A stretch of DNA of 62,025 nt from a bacterium. GTDB lineage: Bacteria; Patescibacteriota; Minisyncoccia; Phycocordibacterales; UBA2100. How positions within the stretch are numbered: the stretch's first letter is position 1; each line of letters begins with the position of its first letter. A model generated the notes under the pieces. It ran no database searches, was not told the origin of the DNA, and saw only the letters and a program-made list of their open reading frames with translations. Where the stretch lies: contig RFQR01000008.1 of assembly GCA_009924895.1 (NCBI GenBank), forward strand, positions 1-62,025. The letters are read 5' to 3'. Below are positions 38,376-48,952 of this stretch, one piece after another. The position numbers and the translations under genes were made by a program.

Positions 38376-38475
38376 GGGAAGTCTCCTTTCAACACACCAT
38401 GACGACTGTCGTAGCTATTAGCATAAAACCATGAAATGAGACTGGGCTCAAGGCGCCTATTTTGAGTAGAAGGTT

Positions 38476-39258
38476 TTACTCCCCCATCACCAAATCACCA
38501 ATACCGCCGAGGAGCGAACCGGAATCATTGGAACTATTCGATGGCATAAAGGAAAATACTTTGCCAGCAAGACGGGAGAACGGGAGCGACTGAACCCATA
38601 CCTTGCCGGGACCCGTGAGGCGCGCGTAAAAGAGTCCCTCTCCTCCAAAGAGACCCGTTTTTATTGAACCGACGTATTGAATGTCGTACAAAACCGTGGA
38701 CTCAAATGCAACAAGGCAGCCGGTATCAATTTTTAAGACTTGGCCCTGCGACAAAGAATGCTCGACTATATGACCACCTGCGTGGACAAACGCGAGACCA
38801 TCACCCTCGAGCTTTTGCATAATAAAGCCTTCACCGCCAAAGAATCCAGCACCGATTTTTTTCTGCAATTCAATGCCAACCGAAACGCCATGAGCTGCAC
38901 ACAGAAAGGAGTCTTTCTGACATACAATTTTCCCACCATGTTCAGACAGTTTGAACGGTATGATTTTGCCCGGGTACGGTGCCGCAAACATCACCACTCC
39001 CCTCCCTTGTCCTTTTTGCGTGTACGTTGTAAGAAACAAGCTTTCACCAGTAAGAAGGCGCTTTCCCGCACCGACCATCTTGCCCCACATAGACTGGCTC
39101 GCATTACTGCCAAGCACAGTTTGTACTTCTACCTCATCGGTCATACTCATAAACGAGCCTCCTTCTGAAATCACTGTTTCCGCTGGGTCGAGTGTTATTT
39201 CAACCGCCTGCATTTCAGTACCGAGGATTTTGTAATCGATTTCGTGATATGTGCTCAT
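38476..39258 (-). CDS. TIGR00266/AIM24 family protein
   Basis: GKRLLTGESLF, FAAPYPG, CQKDSFL, GFFGGEGFIMQKLEGDG, GPGKVWVQSLPF. Confidence 0.9.
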   Translation of the reverse strand: MSTYHEIDYKILGTEMQAVEITLDPAETVISEGGSFMSMTDEVEVQTVLGSNASQSMWGKMVGAGKRLLTGESLFLTTYTQKGQGRGVVMFAAPYPGKIIPFKLSEHGGKIVCQKDSFLCAAHGVSVGIELQKKIGAGFFGGEGFIMQKLEGDGLAFVHAGGHIVEHSLSQGQVLKIDTGCLVAFESTVLYDIQYVGSIKTGLFGGEGLFYARLTGPGKVWVQSLPFSRLAGKVFSFMPSNSSNDSGSLLGGIGDLVMGE

Positions 39259-39404
39259 AGAACAAGTATACCAAAGTATGCACAAATGCCGTATTCGCAT
39301 GAGTGGTTCCAAGGTATTGAAACATTGCAGAACTTGACAATAATATTTTTATATATTATAAAAAAAAGAACAGTTTATTGAGCAGAAACGAGAGGAAAAA
39401 GAAA

Positions 39405-39695
39405 ATGTCATTCATTCGGTATCTGACAAGACGAGCCGCGGAGAGCGTCTCATACGGAGTTGGATTCGGCCTACTAGCGTTCTCTCTTGGGTGGGCAATG
39501 AAAAGCGAGGTCGAGGTGATGCACACACTGGTCGCATTGGTGGCCAGCATGGGGGCACTTTCAGCACTTGCAATGCGACTCTCACCTATGGGCTGGGAAG
39601 ACCAGTCTAGCTGTAACCATATGGGAGTCGGCCAGTACGAACACGATCTCGACGAGGCCGCTCGTTTGGACCGGCAATGGTTCAAGTGGTGGTGA
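39405..39695 (+). CDS. Small two-TM hypothetical protein
   Basis: TTGACA at 39334, GAGG SD, downstream terminator. Confidence 0.6.
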   Translation: MSFIRYLTRRAAESVSYGVGFGLLAFSLGWAMKSEVEVMHTLVALVASMGALSALAMRLSPMGWEDQSSCNHMGVGQYEHDLDEAARLDRQWFKWW

Positions 39696-39709
39696 GAACA
39701 TAGCGCTTG

Positions 39710-39734
39710 ACAACCTGCCCGGTGGGCAGGTTGT
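39710..39734. terminator. Intrinsic terminator
   Basis: acaacctgccc-ggt-gggcaggttgt. Confidence 0.75.
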
Positions 39735-39740
39735 TCCTTT

Positions 39741-42700
39741 TTACAAATCCTGTAGCATCTCCCTCAACTTACAAAACTGGCAGTCTTCTTCTCCACAACG
39801 CGTATTCCAGAACGAAAGGTTCCACACCTCCCCTGCTACCCGTGCTATTTCTACTTCCAACTCCTTAACTTGTTCAGGAAGAACATTAAACTGCTCACGG
39901 GTGTACTTTTCTCGCTCAGGTTGGAGGAAATCAATCACCCCTCGCTTCATGGTGTACTTTCCATCAAGTCCCAAAAGAAGTTTATAAAACACAAGTTGGC
40001 GCAGATAGTCACCCGTCGCATTTTTAGTACCGCCTTCTAATTCGTTGCGACTTCTTGGTCGTCCAGTTTTGTAATCGACCACGGTGACCCCGTCAGAAGA
40101 GAATTCAATTTTATCTAAATCGCCGCGAAGCCTAATTTCACGCAGTCCTTCCACCTCCACCGGACAAGCAACTTCAATTTTGTATTCCTGTAGTGACTCC
40201 TTAGGCCAGGTGTCGTTCCATTCCTTATACCAACCAGTAAAAAATTCTGTTCCGCGCTCCAGCATATCTGCCCGCTCACGACTGGTGAGCGGCAAGCGTT
40301 TTATGGTGTCTTTCAAATGTGCAATCAGGTCTTTGACACTGACTTTTTGATTCTTGTTTCGTTCGTTGAAAAAAAGGCGCAGTGCGGTATGGCACGCAGT
40401 GCCAAAGAGCAGTGTTGAGTTTTGCGCTTTAGGGATACGCACCAAGTTTTGGTAGAAGTACTCCCACGGACAGGACAGGTAATTATTGAGCGCGGTCACA
40501 GAAAGCCCTTGCTCGACAAATCGTTGACGTACGAATTCGAGCGTTGGTTTTGAAGTGCGCGTGCGTGTCTTTTTTACTCCAAGTCTTTTTGGCACTTCTA
40601 CAGAACGCTCAGAGAGTAATACTGGGTCAACATCCTCAAGAAGTCGGCTGCGTAATTTTTCCTTACCGTTGTGACTGCGCGGGTACGTAACAGTAACACC
40701 GCGTTTTCCACGCGTAAGCGCTACATAGAGCAGGCGCCTTTCATCTTCGTCTGTGCCTTTTGCTGAGCCTGGCGGAAGCGCAAAAAGTGAAATCTCGCGC
40801 CTCCCACCCCAGACACCATCGACAACATTGACCACAAACACATGGTCAAACTCAAGACCTTTTGCACGGTGTGCGGTCATAAGGCGCACCGCACCTTCTC
40901 GTATGGTCTTCTGTGTGCCTTTATTAATTGGGATTCTGCGTTCATCAAGAATCGCGAGGTGTGTTACCAAGTCAGAGAGCGAGTAGTCAGGATGTGGGAT
41001 GGCAAGCGTCTCAACATCCCGCACCAAGGCTCCCGCCTTATCCAAAATTTCAACCGACTGTGCGGAAGCAAGAGCGTAGGACACAAATCCTGATTCTTCA
41101 ATGATACGACTCACCTGCATCGGTACCGACATGTCGCGGTCACGCCATTTTTGAATCAAGCCCCACAGTTCTTTAAATATTTTTGGCTTTTTTACTCTAG
41201 CCTCTTTGAGCTTTACATCATCAGAAATAACTTCGCTCAAGGTAATTTCTCGCCGAGCAGCAAATGATGCAATGCGATAGATGTCGACGGGCGGGAGCGG
41301 CGTAAACCACGCGTGGAGCCCCATGAGTACGTGCTCGTTGTTTTCGGGTGAGGCAACAAGTCGCACGACCGAAAGCAGGCGTCGAATGATGGGGTCCTCG
41401 AGTGCATTTTGATCAGATTCAATTGAAACGGTAAAGCCAACTTCTTCGAGCGCGTAGCCATACTCAGCACCCTCTTTGTTGGTACGGTAGATAACCGCGA
41501 TTTCATGGGGCTCCACACCATCAGCAGTAAGTTTCTTTACTTGCTGCGCAATGAATACCTTTTCGGCATCACTCGAATCTACTGCACAGACTTCAATACT
41601 GTGGACTCCCACAGCGCCACGCTCCACTAAAGGAACATGCTCTCGCCCATCGCCCGTAATTAGTGCGTGTGCAGTGTCGAGAATCTTCTGCCCTGAACGA
41701 TAGCTTTCACTCAAAGTAACGCGTTGCGCACTCGGGAATACTGATTTGAAGTAGTGAAAATTTTCGAGAGATGCTCCCTGAAAGCGAAAAATCGCTTGTT
41801 TATCATCTCCCACGACAAAGAGGTTTGGCGAATCACCATCACTCAAGAGTTCGAGCAAACGATTTTGTGAAGTGTTGGCATCTTGGTGCTCATCAGCAAG
41901 CACATAGAGCGACTCCTCTTGGAGGCGCAAACGTAAGTCCTCGTTCTTCTCCAGTGCTTGGACCACTTCCACAATCATGTCTTCAAAATCAAAACGCTTT
42001 CGTTCTCGTAACTCCTTTTCATAGAGCGCAAAAATTTCAGCAAGCTCAAGCGAGCGTTCGTACTGTTTCGCCTTGGTGTGATACTTTCCTTTCATTTCGC
42101 CCCTAAACGCTTTGTTTTGCAAAGCGTCGGGCGAACTTCTGGCTTTGCCAGAAGTTTCAGCTTTGTGTGCGCCAGACTCGTGATACAAGTCATCGGTTGC
42201 TTCAAATACTTTCTGTTCTTTTTGAACGAATGTTTTAAACGCCGCTGGAGAGAAGTTTTCTCGCTTGAGTTCTGAAATCGTCGCACGAATATCGTCGAGG
42301 TAGTGTAGTGGTGAGGTGAATGGCTTTAAAATTTTCCATGCACCGCTTGCAAGAATGTGCTCAATGATTTCAACTTTTTCTACTTGAGAAAGTGCTTCCG
42401 AGCCAATGATGCGCGGGAAGTCATCCGGAAAACGACGAATCACGTCATGGCAGTAGCTGTGGAATGTATGAATACGTACTCGGTATGCAGCTGCGCCAAT
42501 CATCTTACCCAAGCGTTTGCGCATGTTACTCGCACCCGCTTCCGTAAACGTAAGCGCCAAAATACCATCAGGCGGAGTGTCTGTTTTTTGAAGGATATTT
42601 GCGATACGCAGTGTAAGTACGTGCGTCTTTCCTGTCCCAGGCCCTGCAACTACCATAACCGGTCCCACAAGGGCCTCTACGGCTTGTTTTTGCCCTGAAT

Positions 42701-42758
42701 TAAGGCCTTTTATTGCCTTACTGAACTCAGGAGTTATACGGGGTAAGGGCGAGGTCAT
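39741..42758 (-). CDS. UvrD/PcrA-like SF1 helicase fused to a PD-(D/E)XK nuclease
   Basis: AGPGTGKT, LTFT, DEHQD, VGDDKQAIFRFQGA, TAHRAKGLEF, LLYVALTR; C-terminal GDLDK..VDYKTG and Cys cluster. Confidence 0.92.
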   Translation of the reverse strand: MTSPLPRITPEFSKAIKGLNSGQKQAVEALVGPVMVVAGPGTGKTHVLTLRIANILQKTDTPPDGILALTFTEAGASNMRKRLGKMIGAAAYRVRIHTFHSYCHDVIRRFPDDFPRIIGSEALSQVEKVEIIEHILASGAWKILKPFTSPLHYLDDIRATISELKRENFSPAAFKTFVQKEQKVFEATDDLYHESGAHKAETSGKARSSPDALQNKAFRGEMKGKYHTKAKQYERSLELAEIFALYEKELRERKRFDFEDMIVEVVQALEKNEDLRLRLQEESLYVLADEHQDANTSQNRLLELLSDGDSPNLFVVGDDKQAIFRFQGASLENFHYFKSVFPSAQRVTLSESYRSGQKILDTAHALITGDGREHVPLVERGAVGVHSIEVCAVDSSDAEKVFIAQQVKKLTADGVEPHEIAVIYRTNKEGAEYGYALEEVGFTVSIESDQNALEDPIIRRLLSVVRLVASPENNEHVLMGLHAWFTPLPPVDIYRIASFAARREITLSEVISDDVKLKEARVKKPKIFKELWGLIQKWRDRDMSVPMQVSRIIEESGFVSYALASAQSVEILDKAGALVRDVETLAIPHPDYSLSDLVTHLAILDERRIPINKGTQKTIREGAVRLMTAHRAKGLEFDHVFVVNVVDGVWGGRREISLFALPPGSAKGTDEDERRLLYVALTRGKRGVTVTYPRSHNGKEKLRSRLLEDVDPVLLSERSVEVPKRLGVKKTRTRTSKPTLEFVRQRFVEQGLSVTALNNYLSCPWEYFYQNLVRIPKAQNSTLLFGTACHTALRLFFNERNKNQKVSVKDLIAHLKDTIKRLPLTSRERADMLERGTEFFTGWYKEWNDTWPKESLQEYKIEVACPVEVEGLREIRLRGDLDKIEFSSDGVTVVDYKTGRPRSRNELEGGTKNATGDYLRQLVFYKLLLGLDGKYTMKRGVIDFLQPEREKYTREQFNVLPEQVKELEVEIARVAGEVWNLSFWNTRCGEEDCQFCKLREMLQDL
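42102..42161 (-). repeat. 60-nt double-hairpin element in frame within the helicase gene
   Basis: Perfect 8-bp (42107-42127) and 10-bp (42134-42156) inverted repeats encoding AETSGKARSSPDALQNKAFR. Confidence 0.6.
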
Positions 42759-42790
42759 GCGCTCAGTATGCGCTATAACGCTACACAAAA

Positions 42791-43846
42791 CTACTGTAAT
42801 GCATGCAGTTTACGTGTGTGCCCCGAAACCACACCCGAGAGCACTTGAAGGTTTTCGGAAAGCTCAGGGACTCGCTCTGCAAGAATTGCACGTGAGACAC
42901 GTTCCAGATACTTCGCTTTCTCTGTGGCCATATTCCATCCAAAACTCCCCTCCTCATCACGGGAAAGCGCAGATACAAGCAGTAGCACACCTTCATGCTT
43001 TGGCACCCGATTCGCGTCGAGATTGCCCAAAATAATTTTCCCTGCCGTTGCCACCGCATCCGGCCACTCATGAGAAAATGGTCCAATGATAAGTGCCTTG
43101 TTTGGCATATGAAGCCAATCAAAACCGCGACCAACTGCGATAATTTGCTCTCGGTGCTCCAAGTCGATCGGTGGTCGGTGAGAAGCACGCACCTCACTTA
43201 CATGTTCCAAATTTCCTCTCAAAAGCGGAACGAGATCTGTCACCATTTGTGGATCCATATCAGGGTACAGGTCTCTGATGCTCGTTTCGATATGCTCCGC
43301 AGTTTTGAGCGACTCAAGGTCAAGCGTTTTTCCATCAGTACCATGGAGCACGAGCCCCTCTTCGTCAGTCTCAATACCAACAACAATCGGGTAAACAATG
43401 CGCGGCGAGGTTCCAAAAACAGAGCCTGCTTGCACTGCGAGCATGTCCGCTGCTGCGTGTGCAGCACCCGTATCATATTTCCAACCAGCACAACCGCGGT
43501 GGTGATCACCCTTTGAAAAGTGATAGGTCACCAAAACTAAAACGCGTCGACCATGGTGGGTTGCATACTTTACATACTCTTTTATCACTTCCTGAAAGAA
43601 GGGCCAGCCGAGATCGAACTTACCGCCGATGTTTCGAAATGGTTGAATAATGCCTGGAGGCGTCTTGGTGTACACCGATAAATTGAGACGCCCGTCCATA
43701 CATTTCCAAGCTGCGATTTCGGTCGGGTGCTCGGCACGATAACGAACGCGGGCAAGACGCGCTGCAGCGGAGCGGAAGGCAGCGCTTTGTTCTTCATTGC
43801 GATTTAAAATAAACTCCCTCAAATTGCCTGTATAGTCTTCATGCAT
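42791..43846 (-). CDS. CsoSCA-like beta-class carbonic anhydrase
   Basis: KCMDGRL and YHFSKGDHHRGCAG (CxDxR .. H-x9-C). Confidence 0.7.
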   Translation of the reverse strand: MHEDYTGNLREFILNRNEEQSAAFRSAAARLARVRYRAEHPTEIAAWKCMDGRLNLSVYTKTPPGIIQPFRNIGGKFDLGWPFFQEVIKEYVKYATHHGRRVLVLVTYHFSKGDHHRGCAGWKYDTGAAHAAADMLAVQAGSVFGTSPRIVYPIVVGIETDEEGLVLHGTDGKTLDLESLKTAEHIETSIRDLYPDMDPQMVTDLVPLLRGNLEHVSEVRASHRPPIDLEHREQIIAVGRGFDWLHMPNKALIIGPFSHEWPDAVATAGKIILGNLDANRVPKHEGVLLLVSALSRDEEGSFGWNMATEKAKYLERVSRAILAERVPELSENLQVLSGVVSGHTRKLHALQ

Positions 43847-43938
43847 AGTTCGAAACTATACTCGCTATTTAGAGAGGCGCAAGAGAGATTTGCACATTTT
43901 ACATTGAGGAGTAAAGTGTCTCGCTAGGAGGATACGCC

Positions 43939-44127
43939 ATGACCCTACTTGGCCTTGTAACACTCATTATTGCCGTCGGGCTCGTGATCAAAAACCCACA
44001 CCGACGCGACGATGAAGTTGATGAACGACTTGCATTAGCGCTTACCGCTATCGATGAAAAAAGAAAACAGGGTGTTCCACTTTCATTTGAGGACGTCGCA
44101 CTCTTACGGGCGCGAAGTTTCAATTGA
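43939..44127 (+). CDS. Small single-TM hypothetical protein
   Basis: AGGAGG SD; hairpin terminator at 44138-44159. Confidence 0.6.
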   Translation: MTLLGLVTLIIAVGLVIKNPHRRDDEVDERLALALTAIDEKRKQGVPLSFEDVALLRARSFN

Positions 44128-44288
44128 CATACACGAGCGGCAGCCACACGAGGCTGCCGTTTCTTTTCGAAAAAGTTATGCACAGAAAAAAGTCTTTTGT
44201 CTATTGTCGAGTTGAAACGATAGGAGTAGGATACCGAGCAGTTTTATTCCAACTGAGGGATAAAACACGAGTCAACAGGAGCACTCTG

Positions 44289-44864
44289 ATGAAATTGAAT
44301 CCTCATGACGAAGCGCTCATCAATAATTTGAAAGATGGTTCATACGGCGCTCTGATGCCCATCGAGCCCGACCAACTTCCTGACAGAGAAGCGTACTGCG
44401 CCATTGTGTGCGGTGATGGCGTTCGGAGAAAGGAAACAACGTCCCATCTTCGCAGTATAACCGGGTGCAATTGCGATCACACAATCGCTCTCCCGGGAGG
44501 AGCAAGTTTGCTCGCACCAGAATCGCCGCTGTCGGATGAAGCCACGCGGAAAGTATTGCTGGAAAAAGGCGTGGCACAAGCTCGAAAGTTGCAGGGAACA
44601 AAGACCGTGCTTGTCACTGCTCACCTTCCGTGTGGAGCAGCCTATGACGCGGGAATAACCGGCGTACAACTCATTGATCATATCGTTTCCGCGAAACACC
44701 AGATCCGTCTGTTCGCGGCTCAACACAATATCAGTGACATCACACCGGTAGGCCTCCTCGACGTCGAGTTCTCCGATGGCAAAAAGAGAACCTATGTCAT
44801 AAAACGAGAAGGTTGGGAAGCCTGGAAGCAAGAAAACGCAACCCGGCAGATAGCCGCCGAGTAA
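44289..44864 (+). CDS. Divergent beta-carbonic-anhydrase-like protein
   Basis: VCGDG, ALPGG, AHLPCGAA (CxD..HxxCG); AGGAG SD; hairpin at 44880-44904. Confidence 0.55.
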   Translation: MKLNPHDEALINNLKDGSYGALMPIEPDQLPDREAYCAIVCGDGVRRKETTSHLRSITGCNCDHTIALPGGASLLAPESPLSDEATRKVLLEKGVAQARKLQGTKTVLVTAHLPCGAAYDAGITGVQLIDHIVSAKHQIRLFAAQHNISDITPVGLLDVEFSDGKKRTYVIKREGWEAWKQENATRQIAAE

Positions 44865-44910
44865 GGTTACATGTTCTTTGGCGGCGCCCTTGTCGGGCGC
44901 CGTCTTTCAT

Positions 44911-44938
44911 TTGACAATGCACGAAAGAAGCATATTGT
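44911..44938 (+). promoter_or_regulatory. sigma70 promoter
   Basis: TTGACA-N16-TATTGT. Confidence 0.55.
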
Positions 44939-44983
44939 GACTGCGCGGGAAACAGCATGCACAACACAACCCACAGAGGACAG

Positions 44984-45786
44984 ATGGACCAACTTATTAG
45001 TCAACTTTTGGGAGAGCTCATCAAGGGCTCAATCTACGCGAAACTAGCGGCCTTCCTTGCTGTTCAATTTACATCCTCGTAAAGTCCCTCCGCTTCGTGA
45101 AGGAGTCTGAACTGGGTCTCAAGCTTCGCTTCGGTAAAGTAGCACAGCGCATGAACGGTGAACCAAAGGTCATCCACCCTGGTTTCTGTTTTCTCATTCC
45201 GCATGTCGACACTCTGATTCGGCATCCGGTCAGACAGCAGACTATCGAATTGAAAGATCAAAAAGTCACATTGCGTGACAATACAATCTGGATCGTCTCT
45301 GCTGTCTTGGTGTACCGCATCAACGACATCTACAAAGCATTGTTCGAGATCAACAACGTTGACTTCGGTCTTCGCAATGTTGCCTCGGGCAAACTTCGCG
45401 AGGTCCTGCAGCACCTCGACACGTTCGAGAAGCTGAAGGAAATCAAAGAGGTGTCAAAGCTCCTGATGGATTCCATGGACTTTGAAAAGCAGACATAGGG
45501 CATTGAGCTCATTGGTTTCAGCCTCGTTGACTGTGCACCCGATTCGTCGACGGCGCAGTTCATCTCAGCGCGCGCAAAAGTTCAAATGAACTTTAAAGCG
45601 CTAGAGCAAGCAGGAATCGATCCTCGTAAAGATCCTGTTCTCGCCGGCATCATTCTGGGTAGTCTCCAGATGGTTACACCTGTCACAGGACACCGAACAA
45701 TTGAAGGTGATGTGAGCAGAACATCGCATGTGGGCGCGGACGGCGCCGTGGAACGCCTTTCGAATGCTCTTGAGCGTATGCAGTAA
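44984..45786 (+). pseudogene. SPFH/band-7 protein with frameshift and in-frame TAG
   Basis: FVKESELGLKLRFGK..PGFCFLIP..QKVTLRDN..VYRI; shift near 45063; TAG 45496-45498 where WGI is expected. Confidence 0.78.
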
Positions 45787-45789
45787 GCC

Positions 45790-45815
45790 TGAAGGCGGGA
45801 GCAATCTCGCCTTCA
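45790..45815. terminator. Hairpin between convergent genes
   Basis: tgaaggcggga-gcaa-tctcgccttca. Confidence 0.7.
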
Positions 45816-45820
45816 TCATT

Positions 45821-47044
45821 TTAGTAACTTTTTAGCTGTTTTGCTTTTTCATGGAAGCGAATACGCTCCAATGCTTTCGCTTCAATCTGGCGAATGCGTT
45901 CGCGGGTCACGCCAAATTCACGGCCAACTTCTTCGAGCGTGTAGCAGATACCTTCATCAGTAAGGCCATTGCGCATTTCAAGAATCTTGCGCTCTTTGGG
46001 AGAGAGCTCATCGAGGATGGAGCTCATTTGTTCGCTCAAAATACGACGAGAAGAATCCTGGTCTGGAGAAGAAATGCTTTCATCGGCAATAAATGAGCCG
46101 AGTGTTGAACGCTCATCATCATCTTCACCGATTGGTGACTCAAGAGACACCGTGTCTTGATTGATTTTTTGAATGACATAAATCTTATCGACATCGAGCC
46201 CCATCTCTGCCGCAATTTCCTCTGGCAGAGGGTCGCGACCCAAGTGCTGCGAAAGCTCACGCATTTTTTGTTTGTACTTTGCAATCGTTTCAACCATGTG
46301 GACCGGGATACGGATAGTGCGTGATTGATCAGCGAGCGCGCGCGTAATTGCCTGGCGAATCCACCACGTAGCGTAGGTTGAAAATTTAAAACCTTTACTG
46401 TAATCAAATTTATCGACCGCCTTAAAAAGACCCAGGTTCCCTTCCTGAATCAAGTCGAGAAGTGTTAAATCTGGTGAGCGATTTACATATTTTTTAGCAA
46501 TAGAAACAACGAGGCGCAGGTTTGATCGAGCGAGGACATTGCGCGCCTCTTCATCCCCCGCAACAATACGCTTTGCGAGCTCTTTTTCTTGAAATCCGTT
46601 CAAAAGTGGGTACTGACCAATTTCGCGCAAATACATTTGCACTGAATCATACGAAGCGTCCATTCTCTTGTTTTGCAATTTCTTTTTTTCCAAAAGATCC
46701 TGACTCTCCGAGTTTTCAAGCATGTTACCTCCTTCGAGAACATCAATACTTGCAGAAGTAAATTTCGCATACATCTCTTCAAGCAAGATGACATTGTCTT
46801 CGATGGTTGGAAACTCACGAAGAATTTCGTCATAGGTGACATATCCGCGCTCTTTACCGAGCGTAATCAAAGCCGCAACTTTTTTATCTTCTTTGCCACG
46901 GGCTTTGTCACTTTTGGAAACTACTTTTGCGGCAGCTTTTTTGACTCTGGGAGTCGCTTTTTTGGCAACCTTTTTTACTGGCCGCTTTGGTACGGCTTTC
47001 TTTTTTGAAACAGATTTGACTTTTTTGCCTTTTTTTTGTGCCAT
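45821..47044 (-). CDS. rpoD: Primary sigma factor
   Basis: [57 protein letters not shown]. Confidence 0.95.
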   Translation of the reverse strand: MAQKKGKKVKSVSKKKAVPKRPVKKVAKKATPRVKKAAAKVVSKSDKARGKEDKKVAALITLGKERGYVTYDEILREFPTIEDNVILLEEMYAKFTSASIDVLEGGNMLENSESQDLLEKKKLQNKRMDASYDSVQMYLREIGQYPLLNGFQEKELAKRIVAGDEEARNVLARSNLRLVVSIAKKYVNRSPDLTLLDLIQEGNLGLFKAVDKFDYSKGFKFSTYATWWIRQAITRALADQSRTIRIPVHMVETIAKYKQKMRELSQHLGRDPLPEEIAAEMGLDVDKIYVIQKINQDTVSLESPIGEDDDERSTLGSFIADESISSPDQDSSRRILSEQMSSILDELSPKERKILEMRNGLTDEGICYTLEEVGREFGVTRERIRQIEAKALERIRFHEKAKQLKSY

Positions 47045-47114
47045 GTAAATGTGGAAAACGGCCTAGGTACGGCCAAAAAACCGCCAAAATTCGTTATCGG
47101 CGTTATTGACTATT

Positions 47115-48833
47115 TTACACCTTTGTGTGGAGTTGTGCAATACGACTTGTCAACACCTGTATCTCCTGCTGTACCCGCGCCTCTTCTGCCTCAATACCTG
47201 CCCGTTCTGCCGCTTTCAATACCTCCCCAAGATCCCTGAGCTCTTTCTCAAGACGAGAGCGCTCGATAAGCGCCAGAAGCTGAGTCAATTCTTTTTGCAA
47301 CCCTTTGTGTTCACCGTAGCGCTGTTCCCCCAAAAAGCGACACCGCTCCTGTTCAACTTCAGGCAACGCACGAAGTGTTTCAAAGGTCTGCTTCCCCGCC
47401 GCATCAGAGAGATGCTTCTCGAACACGACAGTATCGATAGCGGGTTTTGCAACCGAGCGCTGCCACAGAAGGAGTCCGTAGGCATTGAACGCGCGCTGAT
47501 CGACAGATACCTGCTTCTGCACACCCATAACTGCTGCGGGCTTCTCGCGCTCGTCATCGGTTGGTACACGGGGGACCTGTGTTAGTGCCTCACGAACCGC
47601 CTCATCAGAAACGCCGATACGACCTGCAATTTCGCGCACATACGCATCTTTATCAATCGGACTTTGTACATCATGGAGAAACGGGACCACCGCGACCTCT
47701 ACCATTCGGCGATATTTATCGCTTTGTGGTATTCGCTCATGCAATACGTCGAGCAAAAAAGTGATAATGTCTTTCGCGTGTTTAATAACACCCTTCCACA
47801 CATCAGGACCTTCTTTCAGTATGAGATCTGCTGGGTCCTTCTCACCCGGAATATGAGCCACTTTCACTCGCATGCCTTTTTGTAGAGCTGCTTTTGCAGC
47901 TTTACTGGCTGCCTTGAGTCCTGCTTCATCTGCATCGAGCGCGAGTATAAGGTTGTCCGTCATTCGCTTGATAAGCATGGCGTGCTCGGTTGTAAAAGCG
48001 GTACCTGACACTGCGACGGTATTTGCCCATCCCGCCTGATGTGACATCACCAGGTCCATTTGCCCCTCTACCAGAATCGCACAGTTCAATTGACGCATTG
48101 CCTGTTTAGCTTTATCAAAGCCATACAAAAGGCTTGATTTGTGGTAAAGGATCGTTTCCGGGCTATTCAAGTACTTGGGCGCGTCCGGATGCGCATCTTT
48201 TCCAAAGGTGCGACCTGAAAACGCGACCACTCGTCCTGCAGTATCAAAAAGCGGAAACATAATACGATTGCGAAACTTATCTGCCGCACCCCGATCACCT
48301 TCACGCGATAGCCCCGCTGCCGCCATTTCTTTTTCAGAAAACCTCTTTGACTTAAGAAAGTCAATCGCATCAGTCCACCCATTCCCTGCCCATCCGATGC
48401 GAAATATTTTGATTGTTTCGTCAGAAAGGCCGCGCTCACGCAGATACCCGCGCGCTTCTTCAGTCATCCGAGATTGATACCAAAGCGTTGCAGCTTCCAT
48501 GAGTTCAAACAATCTATCTTTTTCATCGTGCTCAGTCTTTTCTGTACGAGAATAAACCAGTGGCACACCTGCGCGTTCAGCAAGGATCTTGAGTGCACCC
48601 TTAAAATCGATACCTTCAATTGCTTGCACAAACGAAAACATGTCACCTCCAACACCGCAGCCAAAACAGTGATAGGTTCCCCTGTCGGGCGATATATGAA
48701 ACGACGGTGTTCTCTCGGAATGAAAAGGGCATCGTGCCTTGAGCGCACCCCCTACACGTGTCAGCTTTACGTATTGCCCTACCACCTCTTGAATGGAGAG
48801 TTTTGACTTGATCTGCTGAACCGTGTCTGACAT
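47115..48833 (-). CDS. dnaG: DNA primase
   Basis: CPFHSERTPSF..CFGC, FRNRIMFP, KYLNSPET, VEGQMD, DADEAG. Confidence 0.96.
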   Translation of the reverse strand: MSDTVQQIKSKLSIQEVVGQYVKLTRVGGALKARCPFHSERTPSFHISPDRGTYHCFGCGVGGDMFSFVQAIEGIDFKGALKILAERAGVPLVYSRTEKTEHDEKDRLFELMEAATLWYQSRMTEEARGYLRERGLSDETIKIFRIGWAGNGWTDAIDFLKSKRFSEKEMAAAGLSREGDRGAADKFRNRIMFPLFDTAGRVVAFSGRTFGKDAHPDAPKYLNSPETILYHKSSLLYGFDKAKQAMRQLNCAILVEGQMDLVMSHQAGWANTVAVSGTAFTTEHAMLIKRMTDNLILALDADEAGLKAASKAAKAALQKGMRVKVAHIPGEKDPADLILKEGPDVWKGVIKHAKDIITFLLDVLHERIPQSDKYRRMVEVAVVPFLHDVQSPIDKDAYVREIAGRIGVSDEAVREALTQVPRVPTDDEREKPAAVMGVQKQVSVDQRAFNAYGLLLWQRSVAKPAIDTVVFEKHLSDAAGKQTFETLRALPEVEQERCRFLGEQRYGEHKGLQKELTQLLALIERSRLEKELRDLGEVLKAAERAGIEAEEARVQQEIQVLTSRIAQLHTKV

Positions 48834-48952
48834 ATGAGCATCATACTCTTTTCTTTCGTGAGACAAAAGACGGTACAATTATGACATGTCACTGAATACT
48901 TTGACAGGCAAACAACTGAAGCCGCCAAGCATGCCTATCACTTTTTGCGAGT

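Noticed and set aside
39741-40500. Cas4 or CRISPR link for the Cys-containing nuclease domain
   Set aside because: It is the C-terminal domain of a UvrD-type repair enzyme; no array or cas genes seen
9617-48847. Identical 17-mer agtatgatgctcatatg at 9617-9633 (plus) and 48831-48847 (minus)
   Set aside because: Explained by the shared -10 box-N6-ATG leaderless layout; two copies only
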